A stretch of 53,851 bases of DNA, counting the filler, from Bipalium vagum (Eukaryota): assembly GCA_037834085.1 (NCBI GenBank). It is 3 parts of 3 records of this genome, joined end to end, with 100 filler letters (N's around TTAATTAATTAA, not from the genome) between each part and the next. Parts side by side here need not be neighbours in the genome. Positions count along the whole stretch, not along the records: positions 37,176 to 53,851 come from JBBMKC010098931.1; 2 more parts are not named here. One strand, written 5' to 3'. The notes under the pieces were generated by a model, which saw only the letters and a program-made list of their open reading frames with translations, did no database searches and was not told the origin of the DNA. Numbering within the stretch: the stretch's first letter is position 1; the number at the start of each line of letters is the position of its first letter. Of the stretch, positions 53,601 through 53,851 are shown in pieces. Made by a program: the position numbers and the translations under genes.

Positions 53601-53647
53601 ATCGCTAACAATTGAAAACAAAGGTCACTGTCACATTCAATATCGCC
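38640..53647 (-). CDS. FRMD4: FERM domain-containing protein 4-like (FERM + CUPID/DUF3338 coiled coil), spliced, 5' end outside window
   Basis: Exons 5'->3': 53647-53568, 49431-49360, 49306-49241, 49191-49134, 45318-45232, 42979-42900, 42853-42730, 41117-40928, 40878-40703, 39438-39334, 39279-39157, 39095-38838, 38690-38640; phases consistent. Colinear with human FRMD4A as recalled: IIPAHLFSKHPSINFC ~ ALPTQALKEHPSLAYC; LPYQMTHYFMAK ~ LPTYGVHYYAVK; YVWSEISNLSYRKSKVSINIQD ~ FQWRQLENLYFREKKFSVEVHD; PCLAKS ~ PALIKS; CILEKNITRSMPKDYAKLDP ~ CLREAELTGKLPVEYPLDP. Confidence 0.85.
39565..40195. mobile_element. Non-autonomous Tc1/mariner element (MITE-like, 631 bp) in a FRMD4 intron
   Basis: TA|CGGGGTGTCCCAAAAA ... 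TTTTTGGGACACCCG|TA terminal inverted repeats with a TA target duplication. Confidence 0.85.
41507..42060 (-). mobile_element. DD41D (rosa-type) transposase 3' remnant
   Basis: LPNLLEDIPL...WFMYDRAP...DR*IGIGG...QSQDLNPNDYFLWGHLKSLVY, with 41 residues between the second and third Asp. Probable TA|CAG terminus at 41507. Confidence 0.85.
52053..52460 (+). mobile_element. Tc1/mariner-superfamily (maT/DD37D-like) 5' fragment
   Basis: TA|CAAGGTCG terminus followed by VESHSSGRNPKEIIEWFVYNKTKVCELEKRY, which resembles the N-terminal HTH of maT transposases. Confidence 0.5.
52930..53350 (-). mobile_element. Penelope-like RT fragment
   Basis: MGSPL motif followed by degenerate FLFL, TY...NPT and HITHSTIP segments, in the order expected for the PLE RT thumb region. 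Confidence 0.4.
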
Positions 53648-53851
53648 CTGAATGTAAATCAAAGAAAGTTAATGAAATGACAATATTTAGATCGGAGAAC
53701 TAAGTATAAAAAAACCCCATTGTATTTGTAAACGTTGACATTTAAATATTATAATATTGATTTGATGTACAAAACGACAAAAATGTAAAACATACTTTCA
53801 AATGTTTGAATTAATTGGGACAAGGACTAAGTATTAAATTTTATAGATATA

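Noticed and set aside
1-53851. CRISPR arrays, rRNA, tRNA genes, prokaryotic operons
   Set aside because: None seen. The sequence is eukaryotic, and the TGGCGACCAC matches are retroelement primer-binding sites, not tRNA genes.

Overview
This is an AT-rich eukaryotic, most likely invertebrate-animal, scaffold segment with spliceosomal introns, many decayed transposons and two artificial 100-nt gaps (44N-TTAATTAATTAA-44N). Three host genes can be rebuilt with phase-consistent splice sites. (1) A CHD1/CHD2-type remodeler on + (~5859-11509), with one 3.3-kb exon. (2) A KDM3/JMJD1 H3K9 demethylase on - (19560-35359), with both ends missing next to the gaps. (3) A highly divergent FRMD4-like FERM+CUPID gene on - (38640 to beyond the window end), almost invisible in the ORF track. 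The first ~2.9 kb is a decaying endogenous Polinton/Maverick (adintovirus-like) virion-maturation module: a GG-cleaved amphipathic-helix protein, two tandem adenain-type protease paralogs and a fibre-motif protein. One protease has an intact ORF but Ser in place of the catalytic Cys; the other keeps its catalytic residues but is frameshifted. This pair is the most unusual element in the window. The rest holds Ty3/gypsy remnants (15.1-18.5 kb), several Tc1/mariner-superfamily relics, LINE/Penelope fragments and AAT microsatellites. All homology calls come from manual motif recognition and recalled reference sequences; no searches were run.
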